From Nitrospinales bacterium (GTDB taxonomy: Bacteria; Nitrospinota; Nitrospinia; Nitrospinales; VA-1): a stretch of 64,000 nt of DNA. The stretch covers positions 544,001 to 608,000 of the forward strand of contig CBDCWG010000012.1 in NCBI GenBank assembly GCA_965223345.1. The letters run 5' to 3'. Positions 51,218-61,217 of the stretch are shown piece after piece. Position 1 is the stretch's first letter. Every line of letters begins with the position of its first letter. The notes under the pieces were generated by a model, which saw only the letters and a program-made list of their open reading frames with translations, ran no database searches and was not told where the DNA came from. Position numbers and translations under genes: made by a program.

Positions 51218-52690
51218 TTGGTGAACCTGAGGACTCACAAAATTGTTGCTAATGCAAGCGAAAGACCGTTTTTTTTAAAGCGGGAGGATGATGTTAAATC
51301 GTTTTCGCTGAATACCGCCACTACTCTTATTATATTCTTCGATGCGCTTATATTTATTGCAACAGGAGCAACAATTCAGTGGTTCCATTTGGGATGGATA
51401 GGGCAAAGTATTTGGATTTACCCAACAGCGACAATGATATTAAGCGTCATTGTGATTGTAGCCCTGAATAAAGCAGGATGCTATGAACTTGAAGCAATTC
51501 ATACGCCGGAAAAACATTTTCAGAAAATTTTAGGCATTTTTTCGGTTAGCTTTTTATCATTTCTAGCTCTAGCCTTTGCTTTTAAGCTATCTGAGCAATT
51601 TTCGCGTATCTGGTTTTTTTCTTGGTTTTTGTCTTCATTTACTCTTTTAACTCTTGGGCGAATAATTTTTAAGTACATATTTGAGCGCTGGGCTAAATCT
51701 GGAAAAGTTATCCGAAATCTTTTGATAGTCGGAAGTGGGAAGCAGGCTAGATTGCTTTTGGAGAAACTAAAGAAAGAAAAATCACCATGGCTTAAGGTAT
51801 TGGGTATTTTTGATGACAGAAAAACACGAATTAGCCCCTCGCTAATTGAAATACCTGTTCTCGGAACATTAGATGATCTCTTGAATTATGCTAGGGTCAA
51901 TCAGGTGGATGACATTCTAATTGCGTTGCCTTGGAGTGCGGATACACGAATCTTTCAAATAATAAAAAAGATTGGCGAGTTACCGGTGTCCATTCACTTA
52001 AGCTCAGACCTAGCCGGATTTTCCAGCCCGAAACCTATTTTTAGACTCATAGGAGGTTTACCTATGTTGAACATGGTGTGCAAACCTCTGGATGGCTGGA
52101 AAAATTTTGCAAAAAACGCAGAAGATAAAATATTTGGTTTTGCGTTATTGCTCTTGTTTTCGCCTCTTATGATTTTGATCGCCTTGGCAATTAGGATTGA
52201 AAGTAAAGGGCCTATTCTATTTAGACAAAATAGAGATGGTTTTAATAACAAACCATTTTCAGTTTTTAAGTTTAGAACTATGTATCACACGGAATTGTCT
52301 GATGTGGAGATGGTCCAGGCGACCCGAAATGACCCTCGTATTACCCCCTTGGGGAAAATTCTAAGGCGAACAAGTTTAGATGAGCTCCCACAACTTCTAA
52401 ATGTTCTTAGTGGGGAAATGTCTCTTGTTGGACCTAGACCACATCCCGTAGAGCTAAATGGGAAATTTGGGAAAATTATCCATGGATATTTCTCGAGACA
52501 TCGGGTTAAGCCTGGCATTACGGGATGGGCACAGATAAATGGGCTGAGGGGAGAAACAGATACAACAGAAAAAATGAAGGCCAGGGTAGCCTTTGATGTG
52601 CATTACATCGAAAACTGGTCATTTTTTCTTGACTTAAAAATTCTTTTCCTGAGTGCCTTTGTATTTATTTTTCAAAAAAACGCATATTAA
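51218..52690 (+). CDS. wcaJ: Undecaprenyl-phosphate glucose phosphotransferase (WcaJ-like)
   Basis: KFRTM, SLDELPQL, GEMSLVGPRP, KPGITGWAQING. Confidence 0.9.
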   Translation: MVNLRTHKIVANASERPFFLKREDDVKSFSLNTATTLIIFFDALIFIATGATIQWFHLGWIGQSIWIYPTATMILSVIVIVALNKAGCYELEAIHTPEKHFQKILGIFSVSFLSFLALAFAFKLSEQFSRIWFFSWFLSSFTLLTLGRIIFKYIFERWAKSGKVIRNLLIVGSGKQARLLLEKLKKEKSPWLKVLGIFDDRKTRISPSLIEIPVLGTLDDLLNYARVNQVDDILIALPWSADTRIFQIIKKIGELPVSIHLSSDLAGFSSPKPIFRLIGGLPMLNMVCKPLDGWKNFAKNAEDKIFGFALLLLFSPLMILIALAIRIESKGPILFRQNRDGFNNKPFSVFKFRTMYHTELSDVEMVQATRNDPRITPLGKILRRTSLDELPQLLNVLSGEMSLVGPRPHPVELNGKFGKIIHGYFSRHRVKPGITGWAQINGLRGETDTTEKMKARVAFDVHYIENWSFFLDLKILFLSAFVFIFQKNAY

Positions 52691-52863
52691 GAACTATCGA
52701 ATATATAGACTCTAAACTCCTATCATATTTTTATAGGATTCGAGTGTGTATCCGTAATATTTCATATTTATCCATTTCCAGCTAGAAAATTTTGTTCTCT
52801 TGATTAATAGGAACCTTAACTTTTCATTATTGTAATAAGTTAAAACATAGGGAGTGAGGAAAT

Positions 52864-53664
52864 ATGATTGGTGAAACTCTTGTAATCGCTGAACCCAGAG
52901 CTATTCCTGAAAGGTTCAATGTCTTGGGAGTGGGTATCGACTCAATAAATATGAACAAAGCAATCGAAAGAATTATCCAGTGGATAGAACAACGTGAAAA
53001 GAATTATGTCACGATTACAGGTGTCCATGGCGTTATGGAAAGTCAGCAAAAAGAAGATATACGCCAAATTCATAACCAAGCAGGAATGGTTACGCCAGAC
53101 GGTATGCCATTAGTATGGATCGGGAAATATTTCGGGCATAATGACATTGAAAGAGTTTACGGGCCTGATCTCATGCTCAATGTTTGCAAAAAATCTATTA
53201 CACAAGGATACAGACACTATCTATATGGTGGCAAAAAAGGTGTTCCCGAACTTCTTAAAAATAAGCTTGAAGAGAAATTTCCGGGAATCCAAATTGTTGG
53301 AACTTATTCACCTCCATTTCGGAACCTCAGTATTGAGGAAGACAACGAAATTATCCAAATGATAAATAATACAAGGCCAGATATTGTATGGATTGGTCTT
53401 AGTACTCCTAAACAGGAACTTTGGATGGCAAATAATAAGAATAAATTGAATGCTCCTGTTCAAATCGGTGTTGGAGCCGCCTTCGATTTTCACTCAGGCT
53501 TGATTAAACAAGCGCCGCTCTGGATGCAAAAAAATGGGTTGGAATGGTTGTTTCGATTATGGATAGAGCCGCGACGATTGTGGAAAAGATATTTTAGAAA
53601 CAATCCACTGTTTATATTTTTGATTGTCAAGCAACTATTGGGCCTTAGGCGCTATAAAATATAA
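52864..53664 (+). CDS. WecB/TagA/CpsF (GT26) glycosyltransferase
   Basis: PDGMP, GPDLM, GLSTPKQE, GLEWLFRL. Confidence 0.93.
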   Translation: MIGETLVIAEPRAIPERFNVLGVGIDSINMNKAIERIIQWIEQREKNYVTITGVHGVMESQQKEDIRQIHNQAGMVTPDGMPLVWIGKYFGHNDIERVYGPDLMLNVCKKSITQGYRHYLYGGKKGVPELLKNKLEEKFPGIQIVGTYSPPFRNLSIEEDNEIIQMINNTRPDIVWIGLSTPKQELWMANNKNKLNAPVQIGVGAAFDFHSGLIKQAPLWMQKNGLEWLFRLWIEPRRLWKRYFRNNPLFIFLIVKQLLGLRRYKI

Positions 53665-53735
53665 TTTGGACTACTTTATATAAGAAGGCACTTAAACTTT
53701 ATTAATAAAGAAATTGATTTGGGGAGACCTGACAA

Positions 53736-54722
53736 ATGAACATAAATGGGCGAAATTCAGCTTTAGTTTTGGGTGCAGGCGGATTTATTGGAAGTCATCT
53801 TGTTAATAGACTAAAAAAAGAGGGGTTCTGGGTTCGAGGTGTTGATTTAAAAAATCCAATTTTTTCGGAATCTACAGCCGATGAATTCGTAATCGGCGAC
53901 TTGAGAGATCCCCAAATTTGCCGGCAAATCGTTGACCGAGATTTCGACGAGGTTTACCAACTGGCCGCCGATATGGGCGGTGCTGGGTTCATTTTTACTG
54001 GGGATAATGATGCCGATATCATGCACAATTCCGCCCTTATTAATCTAAATATTCTCGAAGCTTGTCAAAGAGAAAAGGCAAAACGAATTTTTTATTCATC
54101 CTCTGCTTGCATGTATCCAGAGCACAATCAACTTGACCCTAGTAATCCCAAAACGGCTGAAGACTCCGCTTATCCCGCTAACCCTGACAGTGAATACGGA
54201 TGGGAAAAGTTATTCAGTGAAAGACTCTATCTTGCTTTTCATCGAAATTTTGGGATGGAAGTACGAATAGCACGTTTCCATAATATTTTCGGCCCTGAAG
54301 GTACCTGGGAGGGTGGTCGTGAGAAGGCACCTGCTGCAATGTGTCGTAAGATAGCAGAAGCGCAAGTCGGGAGCGCTATTGAAATGTGGGGTGATGGAAA
54401 TCAAACCCGGTCTTTTCTTTATATTGAAGAATGCCTCGAAGGTGTACTAAGGCTAATGCGTTCAAATTGGACTGGTCCTGTAAACATTGGATCAGAGGAG
54501 ATGGTTTCCATAAATCAACTTGCACATATGGTCATGGAAATCGCGGGAAAGACCTTGCCAATTAAACATATTGACGGTCCCCTTGGCGTGCGGGGTAGAA
54601 ACTCTGATAACCGCTTAATTGAAGAGAAACTTGGATGGAAACCAGACCAGCCGCTATTTGAGGGGTTGAGGGTAACGTATGCTTGGATTGAGGAACAAGT
54701 AAGGCAAGTAGCCACTGTGTAA
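53736..54722 (+). CDS. GDP-mannose 3,5-epimerase-like SDR
   Basis: GAGGFIG, LAADMGG, SSACMYP, YGWEK, GGREKAPAAMCRK. Confidence 0.88.
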   Translation: MNINGRNSALVLGAGGFIGSHLVNRLKKEGFWVRGVDLKNPIFSESTADEFVIGDLRDPQICRQIVDRDFDEVYQLAADMGGAGFIFTGDNDADIMHNSALINLNILEACQREKAKRIFYSSSACMYPEHNQLDPSNPKTAEDSAYPANPDSEYGWEKLFSERLYLAFHRNFGMEVRIARFHNIFGPEGTWEGGREKAPAAMCRKIAEAQVGSAIEMWGDGNQTRSFLYIEECLEGVLRLMRSNWTGPVNIGSEEMVSINQLAHMVMEIAGKTLPIKHIDGPLGVRGRNSDNRLIEEKLGWKPDQPLFEGLRVTYAWIEEQVRQVATV

Positions 54723-54860
54723 GAAAAGGAGCTCAAAGACTTGCCCTAACTATTCTTTTTACTAAAATAAATTTTCCTATCAACGAGCTGATCTACTAAA
54801 GGGGCAGCACATTAGCTATTCTTAATTAAAACTATCTATGAACCCACTTTTTGACTCAAT

Positions 54861-56168
54861 ATGGAAATCGATAAGATCAGTAGGAGAAATTTCTTAAATC
54901 GCCTAATCGTCAGCATTACAGGTGGCTCAGTAATTTCAGCCTTTCCAGCAGTCGCAGCATCATTAAACAGTTTTAGTGCGCAACATAATAAAGTCAACAC
55001 ACTAACTTTTCCTGGCATAAGATCACCTAAAACTAGATACGTATCAAAGAGCGGAAATGATTTAAACAATGGTTTTCATCCTGATTCAGCAAAGCTTACT
55101 GTTCGCGCTGCCGTAGAATCATTGCCTGATGAGGCTAGCGGAAAACAACAAAGAAAATCTGGAGACATCTTTATTGGCGAAGGAACATATATTGAAGATG
55201 CGGCAGGTATTTCATCAAAGCAAAACTATTTAATCGAGTGCTCATCGAATATTCGCTTTCACGGTGCGGGTGTTCCTGTCAGCACTTCTTCAGGAGGTAC
55301 AGTTCTAAAACTAGGAGATAATGTAAGCAAGCATTTTTTCGGCCCTCGTCCCACGTTTTCCGATTTTGCCCACAATGTTTATTTTGAAGATATGATGATT
55401 GATGGCAATAAAAAGAATAACCCGGGAAACTATGACATCATTAGACTATTAAATACCGGATTTAATACTCACCTCAGGAATGTTTCATTGCGAAATGCAC
55501 CAAGAAATGCAATTGCAATTGTGCACAACGCAGTAAACTTCTACGCTTTTAATTTGACAGGTGCTGGATGCACTAGATTTTTCCATTATGAAAGCATTCC
55601 TTCGTCAAATAATATCAATATAGGTTTTTGGGGAGTGCAGATCGATGACTGTGGGATGTATCCAATCGAAATTGATGCACGTCTTAATGGAACAGGCAAC
55701 TTTTTCATCGAAGGCTTAGAAGCTGAAGCAAGTTCTATTGATAATCACCATGCAATAATTAAATATAATCCAGTTAGTGGTGCTAATGGTCTGAATCTAG
55801 ATTTTAACAATATGCAAGCTTGGAAGGATAAGCGTGTTAAAGATGAGTCCATTGTACTTATTAATCATGGCGAAGGTTCTTCTCCATTTATAACTTATAG
55901 AAATTTAATTCAAGATGGCTACGAGTGGGTATTAAGTGACTTAAAGAATTCAATTAATAGTAAGCAACGACAATTTGCTGTAATGGGGCGCAGTAAATGG
56001 GCATCTATGCAATTAGGGCCTATCGGTTGGTATACAGCTGAAACTAGCCCAGAAAATGTAATCAGTGCAAATCCGGGATCAATTTGTTCAGTGACTGACG
56101 GATCTTTATATATCAAAATAAATGGTGCCGGTAAAACTGGATGGAGCAAAACATCTACTATTCGATAA
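54861..56168 (+). CDS. Tat-exported pectin-lyase-fold (beta-helix) protein
   Basis: SRRNFL twin-Arg; YVSKSGND.N.G, IFIGEGTY, IDGN. Confidence 0.7.
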   Translation: MEIDKISRRNFLNRLIVSITGGSVISAFPAVAASLNSFSAQHNKVNTLTFPGIRSPKTRYVSKSGNDLNNGFHPDSAKLTVRAAVESLPDEASGKQQRKSGDIFIGEGTYIEDAAGISSKQNYLIECSSNIRFHGAGVPVSTSSGGTVLKLGDNVSKHFFGPRPTFSDFAHNVYFEDMMIDGNKKNNPGNYDIIRLLNTGFNTHLRNVSLRNAPRNAIAIVHNAVNFYAFNLTGAGCTRFFHYESIPSSNNINIGFWGVQIDDCGMYPIEIDARLNGTGNFFIEGLEAEASSIDNHHAIIKYNPVSGANGLNLDFNNMQAWKDKRVKDESIVLINHGEGSSPFITYRNLIQDGYEWVLSDLKNSINSKQRQFAVMGRSKWASMQLGPIGWYTAETSPENVISANPGSICSVTDGSLYIKINGAGKTGWSKTSTIR

Positions 56169-56242
56169 ATATTTAACCCTAGCTTAAGCTGTTTTTAATA
56201 AACATATGGGCTGGGTCGATTTCTCAATAAATGAAGAATTAA

Positions 56243-56932
56243 ATGTCTACATCAAAAATTTCCATAGATGTTTTAAAAAGAACTAATAAAGCAAAAGAAA
56301 CTGGATATATATCAAAGAAACGATTTTTCCAAGGTTTACATAATGCTTCAAGTATAAAGAGAGATAAATCGACTTCTATACGAATACTGAAAGTAATAAA
56401 ACGGTTGAGAAAGGTGATTTGCTTGTTCATTTATTACTCTATTGGCATCAGGCTTCCTGCCCAACCAATGCCTGGATATTCATTAGCATTTGCATTACGA
56501 AGATTGTTAGTTCGATATATTGCTCAAGAGTGTGGAGTTCAGATATATGTAAAAAAAGGTAGCTATTTGGGCCAAGGGATTGGCTTAAAAATAGGCGACC
56601 GTGCTCAACTGGGTCAAAACAGCAAAATAGGGAGAAACGTAACTATAGGTAATGACGTAGTTATGGGGCCAGATGTTGTTATCATGACTGACACACATAA
56701 ATTTGAAGAAGTTTTAATTCCAATAAACAAACAAGGTTCTCCTGAGACTGCTGGCGTAGTAATTGGAAATGATGTTTGGGTTGGGACACGTGTCATTATC
56801 ATGCCCGGAATTACTATTGGAGATAAAGCAGTAATTGGTGCCGGAGCCGTTGTGACCAAAGATATACCAGAAAGAGGGATTGCCGTAGGCATACCAGCAA
56901 AGGTAATTCGTTTTAGAGGTAACAATAAATAA
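56243..56932 (+). CDS. Hexapeptide-repeat O-acetyltransferase
   Basis: VVIGNDVWVG, IGAGAVVTKD, GIPAKVIR; true start may be downstream. Confidence 0.9.
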   Translation: MSTSKISIDVLKRTNKAKETGYISKKRFFQGLHNASSIKRDKSTSIRILKVIKRLRKVICLFIYYSIGIRLPAQPMPGYSLAFALRRLLVRYIAQECGVQIYVKKGSYLGQGIGLKIGDRAQLGQNSKIGRNVTIGNDVVMGPDVVIMTDTHKFEEVLIPINKQGSPETAGVVIGNDVWVGTRVIIMPGITIGDKAVIGAGAVVTKDIPERGIAVGIPAKVIRFRGNNK

Positions 56933-58200
56933 TGCCCCGCCAGGTCAATATCAACATTTTAACTCGTTATCATCAGACAAATTGGGCTCTAGCTGATCAG
57001 ACTTTAGTAAGCGGCGTCAATTTCCTCACTAGTATTTTGCTGGCTCGCTATCTGGGTGTCGAAGAATTCGGACGATATACTTTAGTATGGATGGTGATTT
57101 TATTTGTTAAGAGCATTCAACATGCTGCCATTAATTCCCCGATGATGAGCATCGGCCCCAAGCAATCCAAGGATGAAATTGCAACCTATTACGGCGCAAT
57201 TATCGTTCAACATATTATTTTTTCGTGCACTGTCTCTTTATTTCTATATATCGTAGTATTATTTTGCAGTGTTATATTTCCAGATTTCCAAGTGAAAGGT
57301 TTAGCTTTACCAATTGCAATCGCCTCCCTTGCCTGTCAATCGCATGAATTTCTACGTCGTTATTTTTTTACTCTAGGAAATTTACAAAGAGCTTTCTTCA
57401 ATGATGCAATTCATTATCTAGGACAAATTGCCATTCTAGTTTTGTTTTTTAAAACATCTCCTGATGAAATGGATACAACTAGAGTATTATTAGTCATTGC
57501 AGTTATGGCTTCAATCGCTACCATGTCTGGAATATTCTTCGTAGGAAAAATAAAAATAAGTACTGGAATACTACGCAAAATAGCTTACCGACACTGGCAT
57601 TTTTCCAAGTGGCTTACAGCTTCAGCTTTGTTTCAATGGACCACAGGAAATCTTTTCATCATAATGGCAGGTGCTTTGCTAGGTTCATCCGCAGTGGGTG
57701 CTTTGAAAGCGACGCAAAACTTAATGGGAGTGATTCATATCTTGATTATCGGATTAGAAAATATAGTACCAGTACGCGCAGCGCAACATTTTCATGATAA
57801 AGGCAACAGAGCACTATTTGGATACTTGAAACGTGTTGCAACCTTTGGATGTAGTGTCACAGCAATCACCTCAATAGTCGCGGCAATAGCCCCAGATTTC
57901 TGGCTCAATCTTGTATTTGGAGAAAAGTACTCAAGTTATGGGAGTTTACTCAGATGGTGGGCTATTTATTACCTGCTAATATCTACAATTGTTCCTTTAA
58001 CTTCCGGCTTACGGGCAATAGAAAACTCTCAAGTAATATTCACCGCCTCTGCATGGATGACCCTGTTCAGCGTTCTTACCGCATACCCAATTGCTAAATA
58101 TTTTGGCCTTTTTGGAGTAATGGCAGGAATTACGGCAGTTGGTGCGATTCAGGTTTTTATCCTATGGTCCGGCTTGAAAAAGATAAAATATGCTTATTAA
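56932..58200 (+). CDS. wzx: Wzx-like flippase
   Basis: ALADQTLVSGVNF..LLARYLGVEEFG; many TM segments. Confidence 0.8.
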   Translation: MPRQVNINILTRYHQTNWALADQTLVSGVNFLTSILLARYLGVEEFGRYTLVWMVILFVKSIQHAAINSPMMSIGPKQSKDEIATYYGAIIVQHIIFSCTVSLFLYIVVLFCSVIFPDFQVKGLALPIAIASLACQSHEFLRRYFFTLGNLQRAFFNDAIHYLGQIAILVLFFKTSPDEMDTTRVLLVIAVMASIATMSGIFFVGKIKISTGILRKIAYRHWHFSKWLTASALFQWTTGNLFIIMAGALLGSSAVGALKATQNLMGVIHILIIGLENIVPVRAAQHFHDKGNRALFGYLKRVATFGCSVTAITSIVAAIAPDFWLNLVFGEKYSSYGSLLRWWAIYYLLISTIVPLTSGLRAIENSQVIFTASAWMTLFSVLTAYPIAKYFGLFGVMAGITAVGAIQVFILWSGLKKIKYAY

Positions 58201-59539
58201 AGAAGCGACAAGTAATGAGACCTCGTCAATATTATCCACATTCTTTTCCTACCTTGACCAAAAGGGATTTAATTACTGTGTTGTAGGCCCCACCAACGAA
58301 TTACCCAATAAAATAACATCAGACATAGATATAGTCGTCGATTCTGATCCAATTAAAGTTATTCATTTCCTCATTAAGGACTTTAGCTTTATAAACAAAA
58401 TTAGAGTAGCGCAAATAATCCAGCATGAACAATCTGCATATTATTTAGCGTTGTCTTGGAATGGCAATGACGGAAAATTAAAATTTCTTCATCCAGACAT
58501 TTGCAACGATTACTTCCGAAATGGTAGAAAATATCTAACTGCGGATGAAATTTTATTAACGCGTAAACCTGCAATTGATGAAATGGGAAAGGAAAAAGGA
58601 TTTTTCGTTGCAGGTTCAGCCAAAGAGTTTATTTATTACCTTTTAAAAAAAATCGAGAAGCAAATACTTAACAAAGACCATGGAACCTATTTGAGTTCTA
58701 TTTGGGCAACAGCAAAAGATGAGTGCAACAAGGAAATTGACCGATTCTGGCTTAATGATGACGCAAAACTTATACGCAAAGCAGCACAAGAAGGAAACTG
58801 GAAGAAAGTTAAAGAAAAATTACCCGAACTAAAAAAATCTCTTCAATCTAAACTTCCACCAAGAAAATTTATGTCACGGGGAAGAGAGATAGCTCGTTTA
58901 ATAAAACGACTAAGATTTCCAACAGGACTTCATATAGCCTTTTTGGGTCCAGATGGAAGCGGAAAAAGTAGCGTCATACACAAGATTATTCTAGACTTGG
59001 CTCCTGTCTTCCGCAACACCGCCTCCTCACATTTTCGCCCAGGCCTTGGAATTAAAAGTAGTAACAGAAAACCTGTTGTTTCCCCACATAGTCATCAGGT
59101 AAGAAACAAAGTCGAATCGTTAGCGAAAGTTATCTATTTTTGGTTCGATTACTTTATAGGCTGGTGGTTAACTATATGGATAAAAACCATAAGATCAACA
59201 CTTGTAATCAATGACCGCTATTTCCACGATATTCTGGTAGATCCAAGACGCTACCGCTATGGTGGTCCGTTATGGTTCGCCAAATGTATTGGGAAGATGA
59301 TACCTAAGCCTAATTTATGGATTCTTCTTGATGCACCACCTGAAGTACTACAAGACCGTAAACAAGAAGTCCCATTTGAAGAAACGGCACGACAAAGAAA
59401 TGAATATTTAAAACTCTTCAAAGTCATGGAAAATTGTATTGTCATTGATGCTTCTCAAACTCTTGACGATGTTGTTGCCGATGTTAACTGTTCAATTCTT
59501 AACTATATGGCCGAACGGATAGAAAAACGTGGTTTGTAA
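58190..59539 (+). CDS. Nucleotidyltransferase-like / thymidylate-kinase-like fusion
   Basis: SDIDI near N-terminus; GPDGSGKS, DRYFHD, PKP..ILLDAP. Confidence 0.72.
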   Translation: MLIKEATSNETSSILSTFFSYLDQKGFNYCVVGPTNELPNKITSDIDIVVDSDPIKVIHFLIKDFSFINKIRVAQIIQHEQSAYYLALSWNGNDGKLKFLHPDICNDYFRNGRKYLTADEILLTRKPAIDEMGKEKGFFVAGSAKEFIYYLLKKIEKQILNKDHGTYLSSIWATAKDECNKEIDRFWLNDDAKLIRKAAQEGNWKKVKEKLPELKKSLQSKLPPRKFMSRGREIARLIKRLRFPTGLHIAFLGPDGSGKSSVIHKIILDLAPVFRNTASSHFRPGLGIKSSNRKPVVSPHSHQVRNKVESLAKVIYFWFDYFIGWWLTIWIKTIRSTLVINDRYFHDILVDPRRYRYGGPLWFAKCIGKMIPKPNLWILLDAPPEVLQDRKQEVPFEETARQRNEYLKLFKVMENCIVIDASQTLDDVVADVNCSILNYMAERIEKRGL

Positions 59540-59540
59540 T

Positions 59541-60650
59541 ATGTTTACTAATATGATGAAAAAAATATTTCCCTTAGGTACAGATATCAATGTAAATGTT
59601 GAGACCTGTACACCTTGCTCCCAATTTTGGATGATTCCAGGAAAACAGGGCGAGCCTAGGTGGATACTTCCTCATGAACCAAAATCTGCATTGCCTTTTC
59701 TCAAACAGTGGAGCCCTTACGATTTTCGATCACGCATCAAATGGCGATTTTTAATAGGAGCATATCGAGCGAAAAGACTGAACTGCATTCCTGGTGTTAT
59801 TCCTTTACAAGTCATTGCCCCTAAATGGAATAATTGGGGTCACCTGGGGTGGTTTTTCACCAATCCTCCGGTTCCAGTGATCTATATAGGCACTCCTGGA
59901 CCAAACCGAAAAGCTGTTCTGGGTTTGGTTGATTCCCCAAAAAACGAAGTAAAAGCAATTGGCAAAATTCCATTAGAACCTGCAGCAGGTCATGCAATTA
60001 ACCATGAAGCCGATGTCCTATATGAACTGATGCATGAAAAACCTGGGATGGCACCCGCCCGACTTTTCCTTGATAGAAAGAATTCTATAGCAACACAAGA
60101 ATTTGTAGCTGGAAAAACAACCGATCGACGTCTTACAGAACATCATATGAATTGTCTAATCGACCTAGCAGTTCCTGGGGAATCAATATCCATAAAGAGA
60201 ATCGTTGAAGATTTTACGCAACAAATACATGCTCTAGAGCATATAGATTCTGATCTTCTCAACATTTTTGAACATACTCTTTCAAGCATTGATAAAACTT
60301 TGACTCTCCCAGCCGTCTGGATACATGGTGACTTCGCACCCTGGAATTTGAAAAACGTGGATAATTCTATACGTGCTATTGACTGGGAGGCAGCATCCAA
60401 ACATGGCCTTCCTTTATTTGACCTAATTTACTATAGATCGATTCAAGCATTCCTATTTAATGAGAGAGAAGTTTTTTCCAGATCCGATATCCGCATTTTT
60501 TTAAAGTACATAACCTCTCTCGGGATCTCTCGGACTTTACTACAAAAATTGACCGCACTTTGTCTATCTTATAGTTGGTGGCAGGCTCATAAGATGAATA
60601 ATCAACCATTGAAATTATTTTTTTTTAAATTGATGGGGAACGTTTTATGA
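59541..60650 (+). CDS. APH/choline-kinase-like phosphotransferase
   Basis: HGDFAPWN, IDWE. Confidence 0.78.
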   Translation: MFTNMMKKIFPLGTDINVNVETCTPCSQFWMIPGKQGEPRWILPHEPKSALPFLKQWSPYDFRSRIKWRFLIGAYRAKRLNCIPGVIPLQVIAPKWNNWGHLGWFFTNPPVPVIYIGTPGPNRKAVLGLVDSPKNEVKAIGKIPLEPAAGHAINHEADVLYELMHEKPGMAPARLFLDRKNSIATQEFVAGKTTDRRLTEHHMNCLIDLAVPGESISIKRIVEDFTQQIHALEHIDSDLLNIFEHTLSSIDKTLTLPAVWIHGDFAPWNLKNVDNSIRAIDWEAASKHGLPLFDLIYYRSIQAFLFNEREVFSRSDIRIFLKYITSLGISRTLLQKLTALCLSYSWWQAHKMNNQPLKLFFFKLMGNVL

Positions 60651-61217
60651 ATGCCCTGATTTTAAGACTTGGAGAAAACCATCAAATATCTATTTAGCCC
60701 AAAACAATATTTCAAACTAAACAGACAAAAGAAGGTAATAAGTTCGTCAACTTAGAATACGGTGTAAAAACTCACCTGGGATGGATCAATGTAGACTTTT
60801 CTCCCTACACACTGTGGATTTTAAAATTACTATATAAGATTAGCTTTTTGTCAGACCTTCTCTGGCAGCGACATAATTAGCTTCCATAAGATATTTGCTC
60901 TTAGAACTTGCGAATAATATGATTAAGCTTGCTATGATTTCTTTTATTAGTAGGTCCGCAGCGACAAAACATGAAGTTTTCTAAAATTGAGCGAATATTT
61001 CTTGGTGGTCAGGCAAGCTCGGAGAGTCACATAACTGGACATAAATATTCCTTGAATTAAACTTTTGCCCGAAGCCGGATTATATAAATATAAAACTGCA
61101 TTTCTTTAATACAAAGTGACATGCAGTAGTTGGAATGGGCATTATTTAGATGCTCAAATTGATGGAAGAGAGAATAAGAGAAACTCACTTTATATCGAGG
61201 GACGCAAACCTTTATGA
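60647..61217 (+). pseudogene. Degraded SAM methyltransferase
   Basis: VNLEYG....GWINVDFSP at ~60746, GHKY, C-terminal SLYIEGRKP* overlapping next ATG (ATGA). Confidence 0.55.
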
